Shown one piece after another: positions 36,776 through 46,318 of a DNA stretch of 64,000 bases. Location: contig DETK01000032.1 of assembly GCA_002361615.1 (NCBI GenBank), positions 51,297 through 115,296 of the forward strand, in the 5' to 3' direction. A program made the translations under genes and the position numbers. The notes under the pieces were generated by a model. The model searched no databases. It was not told where the DNA came from and saw nothing but the letters and a program-made list of their open reading frames with translations. The DNA is from Bacteroidales bacterium UBA3290 (lineage in GTDB: Bacteria > Bacteroidota > Bacteroidia > Bacteroidales > UBA932). Position 1 is the stretch's first letter, and each line of letters opens with the position of its first letter.

Positions 36776-38122
36776 ATGTCAGATCAAATCAGATTGAAAA
36801 AGGGGCTGGACCTCCCCATTTCGGGAGCCGCCCTTGCTGAGGTGACGGCACGCGTCACCCCGGATCTGGTAGCGGTCAAGCCGACCGATTTCCGCGGTAT
36901 GGTTCCCCGTCTGCTGGTGAAGGAGGGCGACAGCGTGATGGCCGGAACGCCCCTGTTTGCCGACAAGAAGAACCCCGGGATGGTGTTCTGCTCGCCGGTC
37001 AGCGGCACGGTCGATGCCGTCGTGCGCGGCGACAAGCGCAAGCTCCTGGCTGTCCGCATCAAGGCGGACGGACGGGGCGAAGCCGTCCGCTTCGACGTTC
37101 CGAAAATCGCCTCGCTCGACAAGGAAGGGATGACGGAACTGCTGCTCCGCAGCGGTTTGTGGCCCTGCCTCAAGCAGCGTCCTTTCGGCACGGTGGCCGA
37201 TCCCGCCGCCGCGCCCAAGGCCATCTTCATTTCCGGTATGAACACCGCTCCGCTCGGCCCCGATCCCGAGTTCGCGCTCAAGGACGACTTTGCGGCCCTC
37301 CAGGCAGGCGTCGACGCACTGGGCAAACTCACCCGCGGCGGCGTCCATCTGTCGCTTGCCGCCCGCAGCTTCGCCGGCGGTGAGCTGCACAAACTCACCG
37401 GCGTGGTCTTCCACCAGTTCGAAGGCCCGCATCCGGCCGGCAACGTCGGTGTCCAGATCAACCACATCAGCCCCATCAACAAGGGTGAAGTGGTCTGGAC
37501 GGTCGACCTCCACCTGGTGGCCGTCATCGGACGCTTCTTCCTCAAGGGCGTCTACGACACCCGCCGTATCATCACCGTGGCAGGCCCCGCCGCCGTCAAA
37601 CCCTCGTACGTCGAGGTTCCCGCCGGCGTTTGCATGTCCTCCCTCGCGTCTTATTTCGAGCAGGGCAATGTCCGCGTCGTCAGCGGCGACGTGCTCAGCG
37701 GTGAAGCGGTCGGACGCGACGGTTTCCTGGGCTTCTACCACAATCAGGTGAGCGTGCTCCAGGAAGGCGACTACTACGAGATGTTCGGCTGGATCAATCC
37801 TTTCCGCAGCAAGAAGTTCTCCGTCTCGCGCGCCTATCCGGCCTTCCTGCGTCGCAAGAAATATGACATGGATACCAACGAGAACGGCGGCGAACGCCCG
37901 TTCCTGATGAATGACGTCTACAATAAGGTGCTCCCGATGGACATCTATCCGCTCTACCTGTTCAAGGCCTGCCTGGCCGGTGATCCGGACAAGATGGAGC
38001 AGCTGGGCATCTACGAGGTGATCGAGGAAGACGTGGCCCTCTGCGAATACGTCTGCCCTTCGAAAGTCGAAATCCAGAACATCATCCGTGGCGGCATCGA
38101 GCTGATGATGAAAGAAATGTAA
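36776..38122 (+). CDS. nqrA: Na+-translocating NADH:quinone oxidoreductase subunit A
   Basis: MSDQIRLKKGLDLPISGA… is a typical NqrA N-terminus. The gene is 448 aa and is first in an nqrA-F order. Confidence 0.93.
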   Translation: MSDQIRLKKGLDLPISGAALAEVTARVTPDLVAVKPTDFRGMVPRLLVKEGDSVMAGTPLFADKKNPGMVFCSPVSGTVDAVVRGDKRKLLAVRIKADGRGEAVRFDVPKIASLDKEGMTELLLRSGLWPCLKQRPFGTVADPAAAPKAIFISGMNTAPLGPDPEFALKDDFAALQAGVDALGKLTRGGVHLSLAARSFAGGELHKLTGVVFHQFEGPHPAGNVGVQINHISPINKGEVVWTVDLHLVAVIGRFFLKGVYDTRRIITVAGPAAVKPSYVEVPAGVCMSSLASYFEQGNVRVVSGDVLSGEAVGRDGFLGFYHNQVSVLQEGDYYEMFGWINPFRSKKFSVSRAYPAFLRRKKYDMDTNENGGERPFLMNDVYNKVLPMDIYPLYLFKACLAGDPDKMEQLGIYEVIEEDVALCEYVCPSKVEIQNIIRGGIELMMKEM

Positions 38123-38135
38123 GGAGGAAACACGC

Positions 38136-39311
38136 ATGGCAAAGAATTTTTTTGACAAGATCCGGCCGACCTTTTCCGAAGGTGGGAAACTGAGTTGGCT
38201 CCATTCCTCGTTCGATGCGTTCGAGACCTTCTTCTTCGTCCCCAACCGCGTCACCCGCAAGGGCGGCACGCACGTGAAGGACTGTGTCGACCTGAAGCGC
38301 CTGCTGATCATCGTCGTCCTGGCGATGGTCCCGGCCCTGCTCTTCGGCATCTGGAACCTCGGCGAGCAGCACAGCATCGTCTTCGGCCTCGGCTGGGGCT
38401 TCTGGCAGAAAGTGTGGTATGGCTTCGTGAAGATCATCCCGCTCTATCTGATCTCTTACATCGTCGGCCTCGGCATCGAGTTCGCTTCCGCCCAGATGAA
38501 GGGCCACGAGGTGAGCGAGGGCTACCTGGTGAGCGGTTTCATCATCCCGCTCATCGTCCCGGTCGACGTTCCCTGGTGGATGCTCGCCATCGCCGTGGCT
38601 TTCGCCGTGATCATCGGCAAGGAAGTCTTCGGCGGTACCGGCATGAATATCTGGAACCCCGCGCTGCTGGCGCGTGCCTTCCTGTTCTTCTCCTATCCGA
38701 GCAAGATGTCGGGTGACTCGGTCTGGGTGGGTGGCCTGAGCAAGGCCCTCGCCGGCGGAACGCCCTGGAAGGGCGGGGAAGTGGTCGATGCCCTTTCGGG
38801 CGCCACGCCGCTCTCGCACGCTTCGCTCGACGGACTCTCCGCAGCCGGCACCAGTGCCTGGAACCTCTTCCTGGGCAACATTCCGGGTGCAGTGGGTGAG
38901 ACCTCTGTGATCGCCATCCTCATCGGTGCGCTGATCCTTATCTGCACGGGTGTGGCCAGCTGGAAAATCATGTGCTCCTCCGTGCTCGGTGCCCTGTTCG
39001 TGGGCTGGCTCGGTACGGTGGGCGGCGTGACCGACATCCCGTGCTGGGAGCAGCTGCTGATGGGCGGCTTCGCCTTCGGTACCGTGTTCATGGCCACCGA
39101 CCCGGTGACCAGCGCGCAGACCGAGACCGGCAAGTGGATCTATGGTTTCCTGATCGGCGCCCTCTGCATCACGGTGCGTCTCTTCAACCCGGGCTATCCC
39201 GAGGGTATGATGCTCGCGATCCTGCTGATGAATACCTTTGCACCGCTGATCGACCATTACGTGGTCAGCGCCAACATCAACCGCCGGCTCAAGCGGGCTA
39301 AAACCGTATAG
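38136..39311 (+). CDS. nqrB: Na+-translocating NADH:quinone oxidoreductase subunit B
   Basis: 391-aa polytopic protein. It has …DALSGATPL… and the FMN-attachment-type SGAT motif, followed by FMATDPVT. Confidence 0.93.
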   Translation: MAKNFFDKIRPTFSEGGKLSWLHSSFDAFETFFFVPNRVTRKGGTHVKDCVDLKRLLIIVVLAMVPALLFGIWNLGEQHSIVFGLGWGFWQKVWYGFVKIIPLYLISYIVGLGIEFASAQMKGHEVSEGYLVSGFIIPLIVPVDVPWWMLAIAVAFAVIIGKEVFGGTGMNIWNPALLARAFLFFSYPSKMSGDSVWVGGLSKALAGGTPWKGGEVVDALSGATPLSHASLDGLSAAGTSAWNLFLGNIPGAVGETSVIAILIGALILICTGVASWKIMCSSVLGALFVGWLGTVGGVTDIPCWEQLLMGGFAFGTVFMATDPVTSAQTETGKWIYGFLIGALCITVRLFNPGYPEGMMLAILLMNTFAPLIDHYVVSANINRRLKRAKTV

Positions 39312-39313
39312 AG

Positions 39314-40144
39314 ATGAATACCAACAACAACGTATATACCATCGTCTACACGACCATCATCGTCGTCGTAGCGGCCGCCATCCTGGCCATTGCCGCGATG
39401 GCGCTCAAGCCCAAGCAGGACGCCAACATCAAGGCCGAGACCATCAGCCAGATGCTGACGGCCGCCGGCTTCGCGAGCAAGGAAGACCTGGCCAAGCAAG
39501 GCAACGACCAGGTCCTTGCCATGTACAGTGCCAACATCAAGAACGCTTTCCTGATCGACGCCGAGGGCAACAAGACCGGCGAACTCGAGACGGAAGGTTC
39601 CATCGAGCTGCAGGACAACCTGAAGCAGGAGAACAAGAACATCGCCTCCGGCAATCCTTCGCTTCCCGTATACGTCTTTGAAAAGGACGGAGCGGAGGTC
39701 AATGTGATCCCGTGCTACGGTGCCGGCCTCTGGGGCCCGATCTGGGGCTACATCGCCTTCAACGCCGACTGCACCGAGATCCTGGGTGCCTACTTCGACC
39801 ACGAAAGCGAAACGCCGGGTCTGGGCGCCAAGATCAAGGACGAGGCCTGGTTCCGTGAACAGTTCAAGGGAAAGAAGGTCAACTTCTCCAAACCCGATGA
39901 CGCTTTCAACATCGTCAAAGGGGGTGCACCGGCCGGCGATGACTCCGCCGTCGATGCCATCACCGGCGCAACGATGACCTGCAACGGTCTGGATGCAGCG
40001 CTCGACACCTGGTTCAAGGCCTACATTCCCTTCCTGCAGAAGAAGGCCGGCTCTGCCGCCGGAGATGCCTGCTGTGAAGACGGCTGCTGCGAAGAGGGCT
40101 GCGACCATGAACACAACCACGAACACAATCATCAGGAGGGTTAA
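39314..40144 (+). CDS. nqrC: Na+-translocating NADH:quinone oxidoreductase subunit C, with a Cys/His-rich C-terminal extension
   Basis: N-terminal TM anchor, GLWGPIWGYIAF and ETPGLGAKI motifs, and the FMN-attachment motif AITGATMT. The tail reads GDACCEDGCCEEGCDHEHNHEHNHQEG. Confidence 0.9.
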   Translation: MNTNNNVYTIVYTTIIVVVAAAILAIAAMALKPKQDANIKAETISQMLTAAGFASKEDLAKQGNDQVLAMYSANIKNAFLIDAEGNKTGELETEGSIELQDNLKQENKNIASGNPSLPVYVFEKDGAEVNVIPCYGAGLWGPIWGYIAFNADCTEILGAYFDHESETPGLGAKIKDEAWFREQFKGKKVNFSKPDDAFNIVKGGAPAGDDSAVDAITGATMTCNGLDAALDTWFKAYIPFLQKKAGSAAGDACCEDGCCEEGCDHEHNHEHNHQEG

Positions 40145-40147
40145 GCC

Positions 40148-40753
40148 ATGAATGAAGATCTCAAGAAAACCTTGTTGAACCCGATTTTCAAGGGCAACCC
40201 GATCACGGTCCTCGTGCTCGGTATCTGCTCCTCGCTGGCCGTTACGGTCCAGCTCAAGGGTGCCTGCGTGATGGCCCTCTCGGTCATCATCGTCACCGGC
40301 CTCTCGAGTTTCGTGGTTTCCCTGCTCCGCAACTCGATTCCGAACCGCGTCCGCATCATCGTGCAGCTGGTCGTGGTCGCCATGATGGTGATCCTCGTCG
40401 ACCAGGTGCTCAAGGCCTACGCCTATTCCATCGACAAACAGCTTTCGGTCTACATCGGCCTGATCATCACCAACTGTATCGTGATGGGCCGCATCGAGGC
40501 CTTCGCGCTTGGCAACAAGCCGATTCCCTCGCTGCTCGACGGTCTGGCCAACGGCGCCGGCTACGGCATGATCCTGATCATCGTGGCCTTCTTCCGTGAA
40601 CTGCTCGGAAGCGGCACGCTCTTCGGCCTGCGCGTCCTGCCCGCAAGCTATGTTCCCAACAACCTGGTGATCCTTCCTCCGATGGCGCTGATCATCCTGG
40701 GCTGCATCGTCTGGGTCCAGCGTTCCATCCAGAAGGACCTGCAGGAGAAATAA
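40148..40753 (+). CDS. nqrD: Na+-translocating NADH:quinone oxidoreductase subunit D
   Basis: 201-aa polytopic protein with LGICSSLAVT and …LIITNCIVMGR… motifs typical of NqrD/RnfE. Confidence 0.93.
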   Translation: MNEDLKKTLLNPIFKGNPITVLVLGICSSLAVTVQLKGACVMALSVIIVTGLSSFVVSLLRNSIPNRVRIIVQLVVVAMMVILVDQVLKAYAYSIDKQLSVYIGLIITNCIVMGRIEAFALGNKPIPSLLDGLANGAGYGMILIIVAFFRELLGSGTLFGLRVLPASYVPNNLVILPPMALIILGCIVWVQRSIQKDLQEK

Positions 40754-40773
40754 CACCTTAACTCAAATCGATC

Positions 40774-41388
40774 ATGGAATACATCAGCTTGTTCGTAAAG
40801 TCAATTTTCGTTGACAATATGATTTTTGCATACTTCCTGGGTATGTGCTCATACCTGGCGGTATCCAAAAATGTCAAGACAGCAAATGGTTTGGGTATTG
40901 CTGTTATTTTCGTGCTCCTGTGCACGCTCCCGCTCAACTACCTGCTCAACAAGTACGTCCTTCAGCCCGGTGCGCTCTCCTGGCTGGGCGAGCGTTTTGC
41001 CGGTGTCGACCTGAGCTTCCTGAGCTTCATCCTCTTCATCGCAGTTATCGCGGCTTTCGTGCAGATCGTCGAGATGGTGGTCGAGAAGTTCCTGCCGGCC
41101 CTGTATTCGTCGCTGGGTATCTTCCTTCCGCTGATCGCCGTCAACTGCGCCATCCTGGGCGGCTCGCTCTTCATGCAGCAGCGCGAATTCCTCAATGTGG
41201 GGGAAGCCGCGACCTATGCACTGGGTTCGGGCATCGGCTGGTGGCTGGCTATCGTGGCCCTGGCCGCCATCCGCGAGAAGATGGCCTATTCGAAGGTTCC
41301 GGCTCCGCTCAAGGGTTTGGGCATCACCTTCATGGTGGTCGGCCTGATGGGTATGGCCTTCATGACGTTCATGGGTATTTCACTGTAA
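40774..41388 (+). CDS. nqrE: Na+-translocating NADH:quinone oxidoreductase subunit E
   Basis: 204-aa polytopic protein with [11 protein letters not shown] and [11 protein letters not shown] motifs typical of NqrE/RnfA. Confidence 0.93.
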   Translation: MEYISLFVKSIFVDNMIFAYFLGMCSYLAVSKNVKTANGLGIAVIFVLLCTLPLNYLLNKYVLQPGALSWLGERFAGVDLSFLSFILFIAVIAAFVQIVEMVVEKFLPALYSSLGIFLPLIAVNCAILGGSLFMQQREFLNVGEAATYALGSGIGWWLAIVALAAIREKMAYSKVPAPLKGLGITFMVVGLMGMAFMTFMGISL

Positions 41389-41404
41389 AGAAGGAGGATA
41401 AGAT

Positions 41405-42676
41405 ATGACCAATACGATTCTTGCAGCAATCCTCGTGATTGTCGTGGTCACCCTCATCCTGGTGGCCCTGCTCCTTTTCATCAAGATCCGTCTGACTCCT
41501 TCCGGTACGGTCAAGATCGACATCAATGACGGCAAGAAGGTGCTCGACGTCCCGCAGGGCGGCTCGCTCCTTAACACGCTCGCCGAACAGAAGATCTTCC
41601 TGCCCTCCGCCTGCGGCGGCAAGGGTAACTGCGGACAGTGCAAATGCCAGGTCCTGGAAGGCGGCGGAAGCATCCTTCCCACTGAAACGGGCTTCTTCAC
41701 CCGCAAGCAGATCGCCGACAACTGGCGGCTGGGCTGCCAGGTGAAGGTCAAGGACAACCTCAAGATCCAGGTGCCCGACTCCGCCCTGAGCGTCAAGAAG
41801 CTCGAGTGCGAGGTCATCTCCAACAAGAACGTGGCCACCTTCATCAAGGAGTTCACGGTCCGTCTGCCCGAGGGTGAGAACATCGAGTTCAAGAGCGGTG
41901 AATACATCCAGATCGACATCCCGGCCTACGACGTGGATTTCGCCGATATGGACGTCGATCCGATCTACCGCGCCGACTGGGAGAAATACGGTTTCTTCGG
42001 CCTCAAGTACAAGAACACCGTGCCTACGATCCGCGCCTACTCGATGGCTTCGTATCCCGCCGAGAAGAATGTCATCAAGCTCAACGTGCGTATCGCCACG
42101 CCGCCGTTCGACCGCAGCCAGCCGAAGGGCGTCTTCAAGATGCTGCCGGTGCCTCCGGGCATCGCCTCGACCTTCGTCTTCTCCCGCAAGCCGGGCGACA
42201 AGGTGTGGATCAGCGGCCCTTACGGAGAGTTCCTCCTCCCGAAGGACGATCCGGACAGTCAGGAATACGTCTTCGTGGGCGGCGGCGCCGGCATGGCACC
42301 GCTCCGCAGCCATATCATGCATCTGTTCAAGACGCTCAGGACCAAGAGGGAGGTCCACTTCTTCTATGGTGCCCGCGCCCTGGTCGAGGCGTTCTACCTC
42401 GAGGATTTCGCCGAGATCGAGCGGGAGTTCCCCAACTTCCACTTCCATCTGGCCCTCGACCGTCCCGATCCGGCCGCAGATGCAGCGGGCGTGAAATACA
42501 CCGCCGGTTTCGTCCACAACGTGATGAACGAGACCTATCTGAAGAACCACGAGGCTCCGGAAGACATCAAGTACTTCATGTGCGGTCCGCCGATGATGGT
42601 TTCGTCCGTGGTCGGCCTGCTCGACTCCCTCGGCGTCGAGCCCGAAAGCATCCTGTACGACAACTTCGGCGCCTAG
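41405..42676 (+). CDS. nqrF: Na+-translocating NADH:quinone oxidoreductase subunit F
   Basis: N-terminal TM helix, a 2Fe-2S ferredoxin domain (CGGKGNCGQCKC), and an FNR-like FAD/NADH domain (RAYSMAS, GGGAGMAPL…MCGPPMM); 423 aa. Confidence 0.95.
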   Translation: MTNTILAAILVIVVVTLILVALLLFIKIRLTPSGTVKIDINDGKKVLDVPQGGSLLNTLAEQKIFLPSACGGKGNCGQCKCQVLEGGGSILPTETGFFTRKQIADNWRLGCQVKVKDNLKIQVPDSALSVKKLECEVISNKNVATFIKEFTVRLPEGENIEFKSGEYIQIDIPAYDVDFADMDVDPIYRADWEKYGFFGLKYKNTVPTIRAYSMASYPAEKNVIKLNVRIATPPFDRSQPKGVFKMLPVPPGIASTFVFSRKPGDKVWISGPYGEFLLPKDDPDSQEYVFVGGGAGMAPLRSHIMHLFKTLRTKREVHFFYGARALVEAFYLEDFAEIEREFPNFHFHLALDRPDPAADAAGVKYTAGFVHNVMNETYLKNHEAPEDIKYFMCGPPMMVSSVVGLLDSLGVEPESILYDNFGA

Positions 42677-42693
42677 GCTCCACACGCAACCCG

Positions 42694-42728
42694 AATCGGG
42701 CCGGCTAAAAAGTCGGCCCGATTTTTTT
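42694..42728 (+). terminator. Intrinsic terminator after nqrF
   Basis: AATCGGGCCG-gctaaaaagt-CGGCCCGATT followed by TTTTT. Confidence 0.8.
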
Positions 42729-42748
42729 GCAAATTATAATTAATTGCC

Positions 42749-42756
42749 TACCTTTG
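42749..42756 (+). promoter_or_regulatory. Bacteroidota -7 promoter box (TACCTTTG) for tRNA-Lys
   Basis: TACCTTTGCAGTCCC lies 19 nt upstream of the tRNA 5' end. It has the same TTTGCAGTCCC tail as the tRNA-Val promoter. Confidence 0.55.
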
Positions 42757-42774
42757 CAGTCCCTTATTGAGGGA

Positions 42775-42847
42775 GACTCGCTAGCTCAGTTGGTAGAGCA
42801 CAGCACTTTTAATGCTGGGGTCTTGGGTTCGAGCCCCAAGCGGGTCA
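42775..42847 (+). tRNA. tRNA-Lys (anticodon TTT)
   Basis: GACTCGCTAGCTCAGTTGGTAGAGCACAGCACTTTTAATGCTGGGGTCTTGGGTTCGAGCCCCAAGCGGGTCA forms a canonical cloverleaf with anticodon loop CTTTTAA. Confidence 0.92.
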
Positions 42848-42849
42848 CG

Positions 42850-42880
42850 AAAAAGCTTCCTCACTGAGGAAGCTTTTTTT
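42850..42880 (+). terminator. Intrinsic terminator after tRNA-Lys
   Basis: AAAAAGCTTCCTC-act-GAGGAAGCTTTTTTT. Confidence 0.85.
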
Positions 42881-42899
42881 ATAACAGGTAAGTGAAGCC

Positions 42900-43913
42900 A
42901 TGGCGTTGAAGAAAAAGGATGTGCTGAAACTGGTCATCTCGTTGGCGCTGGCGGGATTGCTGCTCTGGCTGGCATTCCGCAGTGTCGACTGGAAGGCGTT
43001 TGTGGACGGTCTTTCCGTTACACGCTGGGTGTATCTCATACCGTTTGTGGTGGCTTCCGTAGGCGCCCTGGTTTTCAGAGCGTTCCGCTGGCAGTTACTG
43101 ATCCGTTCCACCGGATTCCGTCCCGGCTGGCTGACGGTCTGGGATGCCAACAATGTCGGGAATCTGGCCAACATCGCCCTTCCCGGAACCGGCGAATTCA
43201 TCCGCTGCGGTTATGTGGCCGGCAAGGAAGGCTACGGGAACGTGCTGGGCACGATCCTGATGGAACGGATTTGGGATTTCCTGGCCATCATGGTCATGAT
43301 TGTCCTGGCGCTGGTCCTTGACCAGGGCAAGTTCGGACCTTTCTTTGCCGAACATGTCTGGGCGCCGCTGGCCGGCAAGGCCGGCTTCTCACTCTGGTGG
43401 GTGGTCCTCCTGGTTGTCGCGCTGATCGCGCTCTTTTTCTGGGCTGTGTTCCATTACCGCAGCCGCGTCCGGTTCTTCGGGAAGGTGGCCGATGCGCTCT
43501 CATCGGTCGGGCGCGGTTTCGCCGCTTTCCTGCGGATGGAGCGCAAGGGCCTGTTCCTTCTCTACACGGTCGCCATCTGGATCATGTACCTGCTGATGTG
43601 CTTTTCCATGCTGCGGGCCGTACCGGACCTGGCAGGGCTGGGTTTGGAAGACGCCCTGTTCTTTACCTGCGTGGGCAATCTGGCATCGGTCATTCCCGTG
43701 CCGGGCGGCATCGGCGCCTATCACTATCTGATGGCGCTGTCCGCTTCTTCCATCTATGGACAAACTTGGGAGACGGGCATTCTCTTTGCGACGCTGCAGC
43801 ACGAAATCCACGCCGTAATCATCCTCATCCTGGGCGTCATCTCGTATGCCCGGCTTTCCCTGCACGCCCGCAGGCAGCGCAAGGCTGCGGAAGCTGCCGG
43901 ACAGCAGGCATAG
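42900..43913 (+). CDS. Flippase-like membrane protein (LPG-synthase TM-region / UPF0104 family)
   Basis: 337 aa with about 8 TM helices. The N-terminus KKDVLKLVISLALAGLLLWLAFRSVDW and the FRAFRWQLLIR motif are typical of the lysyl-PG-synthase TM-domain family. Confidence 0.7.
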   Translation: MALKKKDVLKLVISLALAGLLLWLAFRSVDWKAFVDGLSVTRWVYLIPFVVASVGALVFRAFRWQLLIRSTGFRPGWLTVWDANNVGNLANIALPGTGEFIRCGYVAGKEGYGNVLGTILMERIWDFLAIMVMIVLALVLDQGKFGPFFAEHVWAPLAGKAGFSLWWVVLLVVALIALFFWAVFHYRSRVRFFGKVADALSSVGRGFAAFLRMERKGLFLLYTVAIWIMYLLMCFSMLRAVPDLAGLGLEDALFFTCVGNLASVIPVPGGIGAYHYLMALSASSIYGQTWETGILFATLQHEIHAVIILILGVISYARLSLHARRQRKAAEAAGQQA

Positions 43914-43923
43914 CCTCTTTCCG

Positions 43924-45003
43924 TCATTCGAGTCTGTATTCGCAAAGATTGGTCAGCGCCGGAAATTTCTTGTAGGTGTAGGCCTTCCCTTGCGCATAGA
44001 CCTTATGATGCAGGACTGCGGCCCTGTTGGCCGGATCTGCCAGGTTGAGGGCATTCTTGTGGGCTGTTTTCGAGAGATAGAGGCCTGCACAGGCCGAAGC
44101 TTCGCGTACGTCGGGCGAGGCGGCGATCGCCAGGTTGGTGGAAGCGGTTTCCGCTCCGCAGTCGAAGTCGACCGTGCCTTCTGCGAGGATCGTTCCCACA
44201 ACATAGCCCCAGACCCAGACGGTGTCGCCGGCGCATTCGGTGGCGGCCAGTTCCGCAACGCTGTAGGCAGTTGCCATTGTCAGGCCGTCGCCGCCTTCCT
44301 GGCCGACGACTACCTGCTCTGCGTGCCGGATGGCTGTCGTATCGACAGTCAGGCTGAAAGTGGAGGATGAGCCGTTGTCGGTGGCGTCGAGCGTGATGGA
44401 ACGGATTTCACCGGGTTCCAGCGAACGTTTCAGCAACAGGTTTTCCACCTTGCCGTCCAGATAGCAGATCCGGGTTTCACCCGGGAACAACCAGGCGGTC
44501 CGCTGCTCGGCATAGCCGTATTCGAGCTGGCCCTCCGTCTGTTTGAGCAGCAGCCGCCCCGGGTAGCGGGTCTTGAAACGGTCGGTAAAAGCCAGCTGCA
44601 GACCGCTGTTGCGCTGCGTGCAGCGGAAGGCGACCGAGAGGGTCTCCCCGCTGCGGGCGACGACAAGCTGCTCGTCGCCATAAAGCGGGTCGCCGAAATC
44701 AGGAGTAGGGAAGCGGCGGGAGAAGGCGCTGACTTCATAGGTGCCGGCCGGAACCTTCATCGTGGCCGGCCGCTCGCCGTAACGCCCTTCGTAAACGGGC
44801 TGGTCCGCGCCGGCAGGGCAGATGCGGAGGATGAAACTGCCGGTATCCGGAACCGGGCCGGCTTTGGTTTGCAAGAAACGGAAGGTCAGGGTGGCGTCGC
44901 CCTCTTCCTCAAGGACGGGCATCCAGGTGCAGGATGCCAGGAGTGCGGCTGCGGCCGCGAACATCGTGGCGGAGATTATTGCCGCCATCACAAATCTTTT
45001 CAT
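43924..45003 (-). CDS. Hypothetical lipoprotein
   Basis: Signal peptide with lipobox (…AAALLASC); 359 aa and beta-rich. I could not assign a family with confidence. Confidence 0.6.
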   Translation of the reverse strand: MKRFVMAAIISATMFAAAAALLASCTWMPVLEEEGDATLTFRFLQTKAGPVPDTGSFILRICPAGADQPVYEGRYGERPATMKVPAGTYEVSAFSRRFPTPDFGDPLYGDEQLVVARSGETLSVAFRCTQRNSGLQLAFTDRFKTRYPGRLLLKQTEGQLEYGYAEQRTAWLFPGETRICYLDGKVENLLLKRSLEPGEIRSITLDATDNGSSSTFSLTVDTTAIRHAEQVVVGQEGGDGLTMATAYSVAELAATECAGDTVWVWGYVVGTILAEGTVDFDCGAETASTNLAIAASPDVREASACAGLYLSKTAHKNALNLADPANRAAVLHHKVYAQGKAYTYKKFPALTNLCEYRLE

Positions 45004-45150
45004 AAAACCTCCTTTTTAGATGTCGTGGGCCGGGACCATCCCGACCCGGAGGCAAAGAAAACCCTTTTTCGGGAAAGTCTTCCCGCAAAAAAGCAATTTT
45101 TCAAATAAAAGCGCTAAATTTGAAGATTGATACCTTAAAATAGCAATACT

Positions 45151-45531
45151 ATGGCAGTGAAATTCTACAAGTGCCCTCATTGCGGCAATATCGTTGTCAA
45201 AGTCGTGGACGGCGGCGTGACCCCCGTCTGCTGCGGTGAACCCATGAAGGAACTCAACCCGAAAGATGCGGACGGCGCCTACGAGAAACACGTCCCGCAC
45301 GTCACCCGAGTGGATGACTGCACCCTCCGCGTGGAAGTAGGCAGCGTTCCGCACCCCATGACGCCCGAGCATCATATCTGCTTCATCTGGGTCAAAACCG
45401 CCGACGGCGGCCAGTTCGTAAACCTCGACCCCGCCAAACCCGCCGTCGCCGAATTCTGCACCTGCAAGAGCCCCGTGGTCGCCGTCTATGAGTACTGCAA
45501 CCTCCACGGACTGTGGGTGAAGGAAATGTAG
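45151..45531 (+). CDS. dfx: Desulfoferrodoxin (2Fe superoxide reductase)
   Basis: 126 aa. The N-terminal desulforedoxin-type site is CPHCG…CCG. The SOR centre II ligands appear as EKHVPH…HPM…H…C(N)xH (YEYCNLHGLW). Confidence 0.9.
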   Translation: MAVKFYKCPHCGNIVVKVVDGGVTPVCCGEPMKELNPKDADGAYEKHVPHVTRVDDCTLRVEVGSVPHPMTPEHHICFIWVKTADGGQFVNLDPAKPAVAEFCTCKSPVVAVYEYCNLHGLWVKEM

Positions 45532-45544
45532 GAGGTCCCGGACG

Positions 45545-46318
45545 ATGAAGGCAGTGATTCTGGCCGGCGGATTCGGCACCCGCTTCAGCGAGGCCACGGT
45601 GCGCATCCCCAAACCGATGATCGAGATCGGCGACAAGCCCATCCTGTGGCATATCATGAAGCTTTACAGCCATTACGGCATCAACGACTTCATCATCTGC
45701 TGCGGTTACAAGCAATACGTCATCAAGGAGTATTTCGTCAACTATTTCCATCACAACTGCGACCTGACCGTCAATCTGGCCAACAACGAAGTCGAGATGC
45801 TCGACAATCATTCCGAGCACTGGCGGGTGACGATGGTCGATACCGGCCTTTACACGATGACCGGCGGCCGTGTGAAGCGGATCCGCAAGTATGTGGGAGA
45901 CGAGCCGTTCCTGCTGACGTACGGCGACGGCGTGGCCGACCTGGACGTCGCTGCCACGATCCGCGCGCACCGGGAATCGGGCAAGATCCTCTCGATGACT
46001 GCCTATCAGCCGGGCGGAAGGCTGGGCGTGCTGGATGTCGACGAAAAGGGAATCCTGACTTCTTTCGTGGAAAAACCCAAGGAAAGCGGTACCTGGATCA
46101 ATGCCGGTTTCTTCGTATGTGAACCTGCCATCTTCGACTTCCTGACCGGCGACGAAGAAATGTTCGAGAAAGAGCCGATGCAGCGGCTGGTGGCCCGGCA
46201 GGAAATCCACGTCTTCAAGCATACCGGCTTCTGGAAACCCATGGACACGCTCCGGGACAACCAGGAACTCAATAAATTGTGGAACGAGGGCAACGCCCCC
46301 TGGAAAGTCTGGGAATAA
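45545..46318 (+). CDS. rfbF: Glucose-1-phosphate cytidylyltransferase
   Basis: [18 protein letters not shown]…[18 protein letters not shown]…; 257 aa and typical of RfbF/DdhA. Confidence 0.92.
   Translation: MKAVILAGGFGTRFSEATVRIPKPMIEIGDKPILWHIMKLYSHYGINDFIICCGYKQYVIKEYFVNYFHHNCDLTVNLANNEVEMLDNHSEHWRVTMVDTGLYTMTGGRVKRIRKYVGDEPFLLTYGDGVADLDVAATIRAHRESGKILSMTAYQPGGRLGVLDVDEKGILTSFVEKPKESGTWINAGFFVCEPAIFDFLTGDEEMFEKEPMQRLVARQEIHVFKHTGFWKPMDTLRDNQELNKLWNEGNAPWKVWE

Noticed and set aside
45004-45150. Small hairpins (GGGCCGGGA-cca-TCCCGACCC and CGGGAA-agtc-TTCCCG) upstream of dfx, considered as a possible redox-regulator operator.
   Set aside because: The stems are short and imperfect, and I do not recognise any known operator consensus (for example PerR or OxyR). 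The evidence is too weak to report as a feature.
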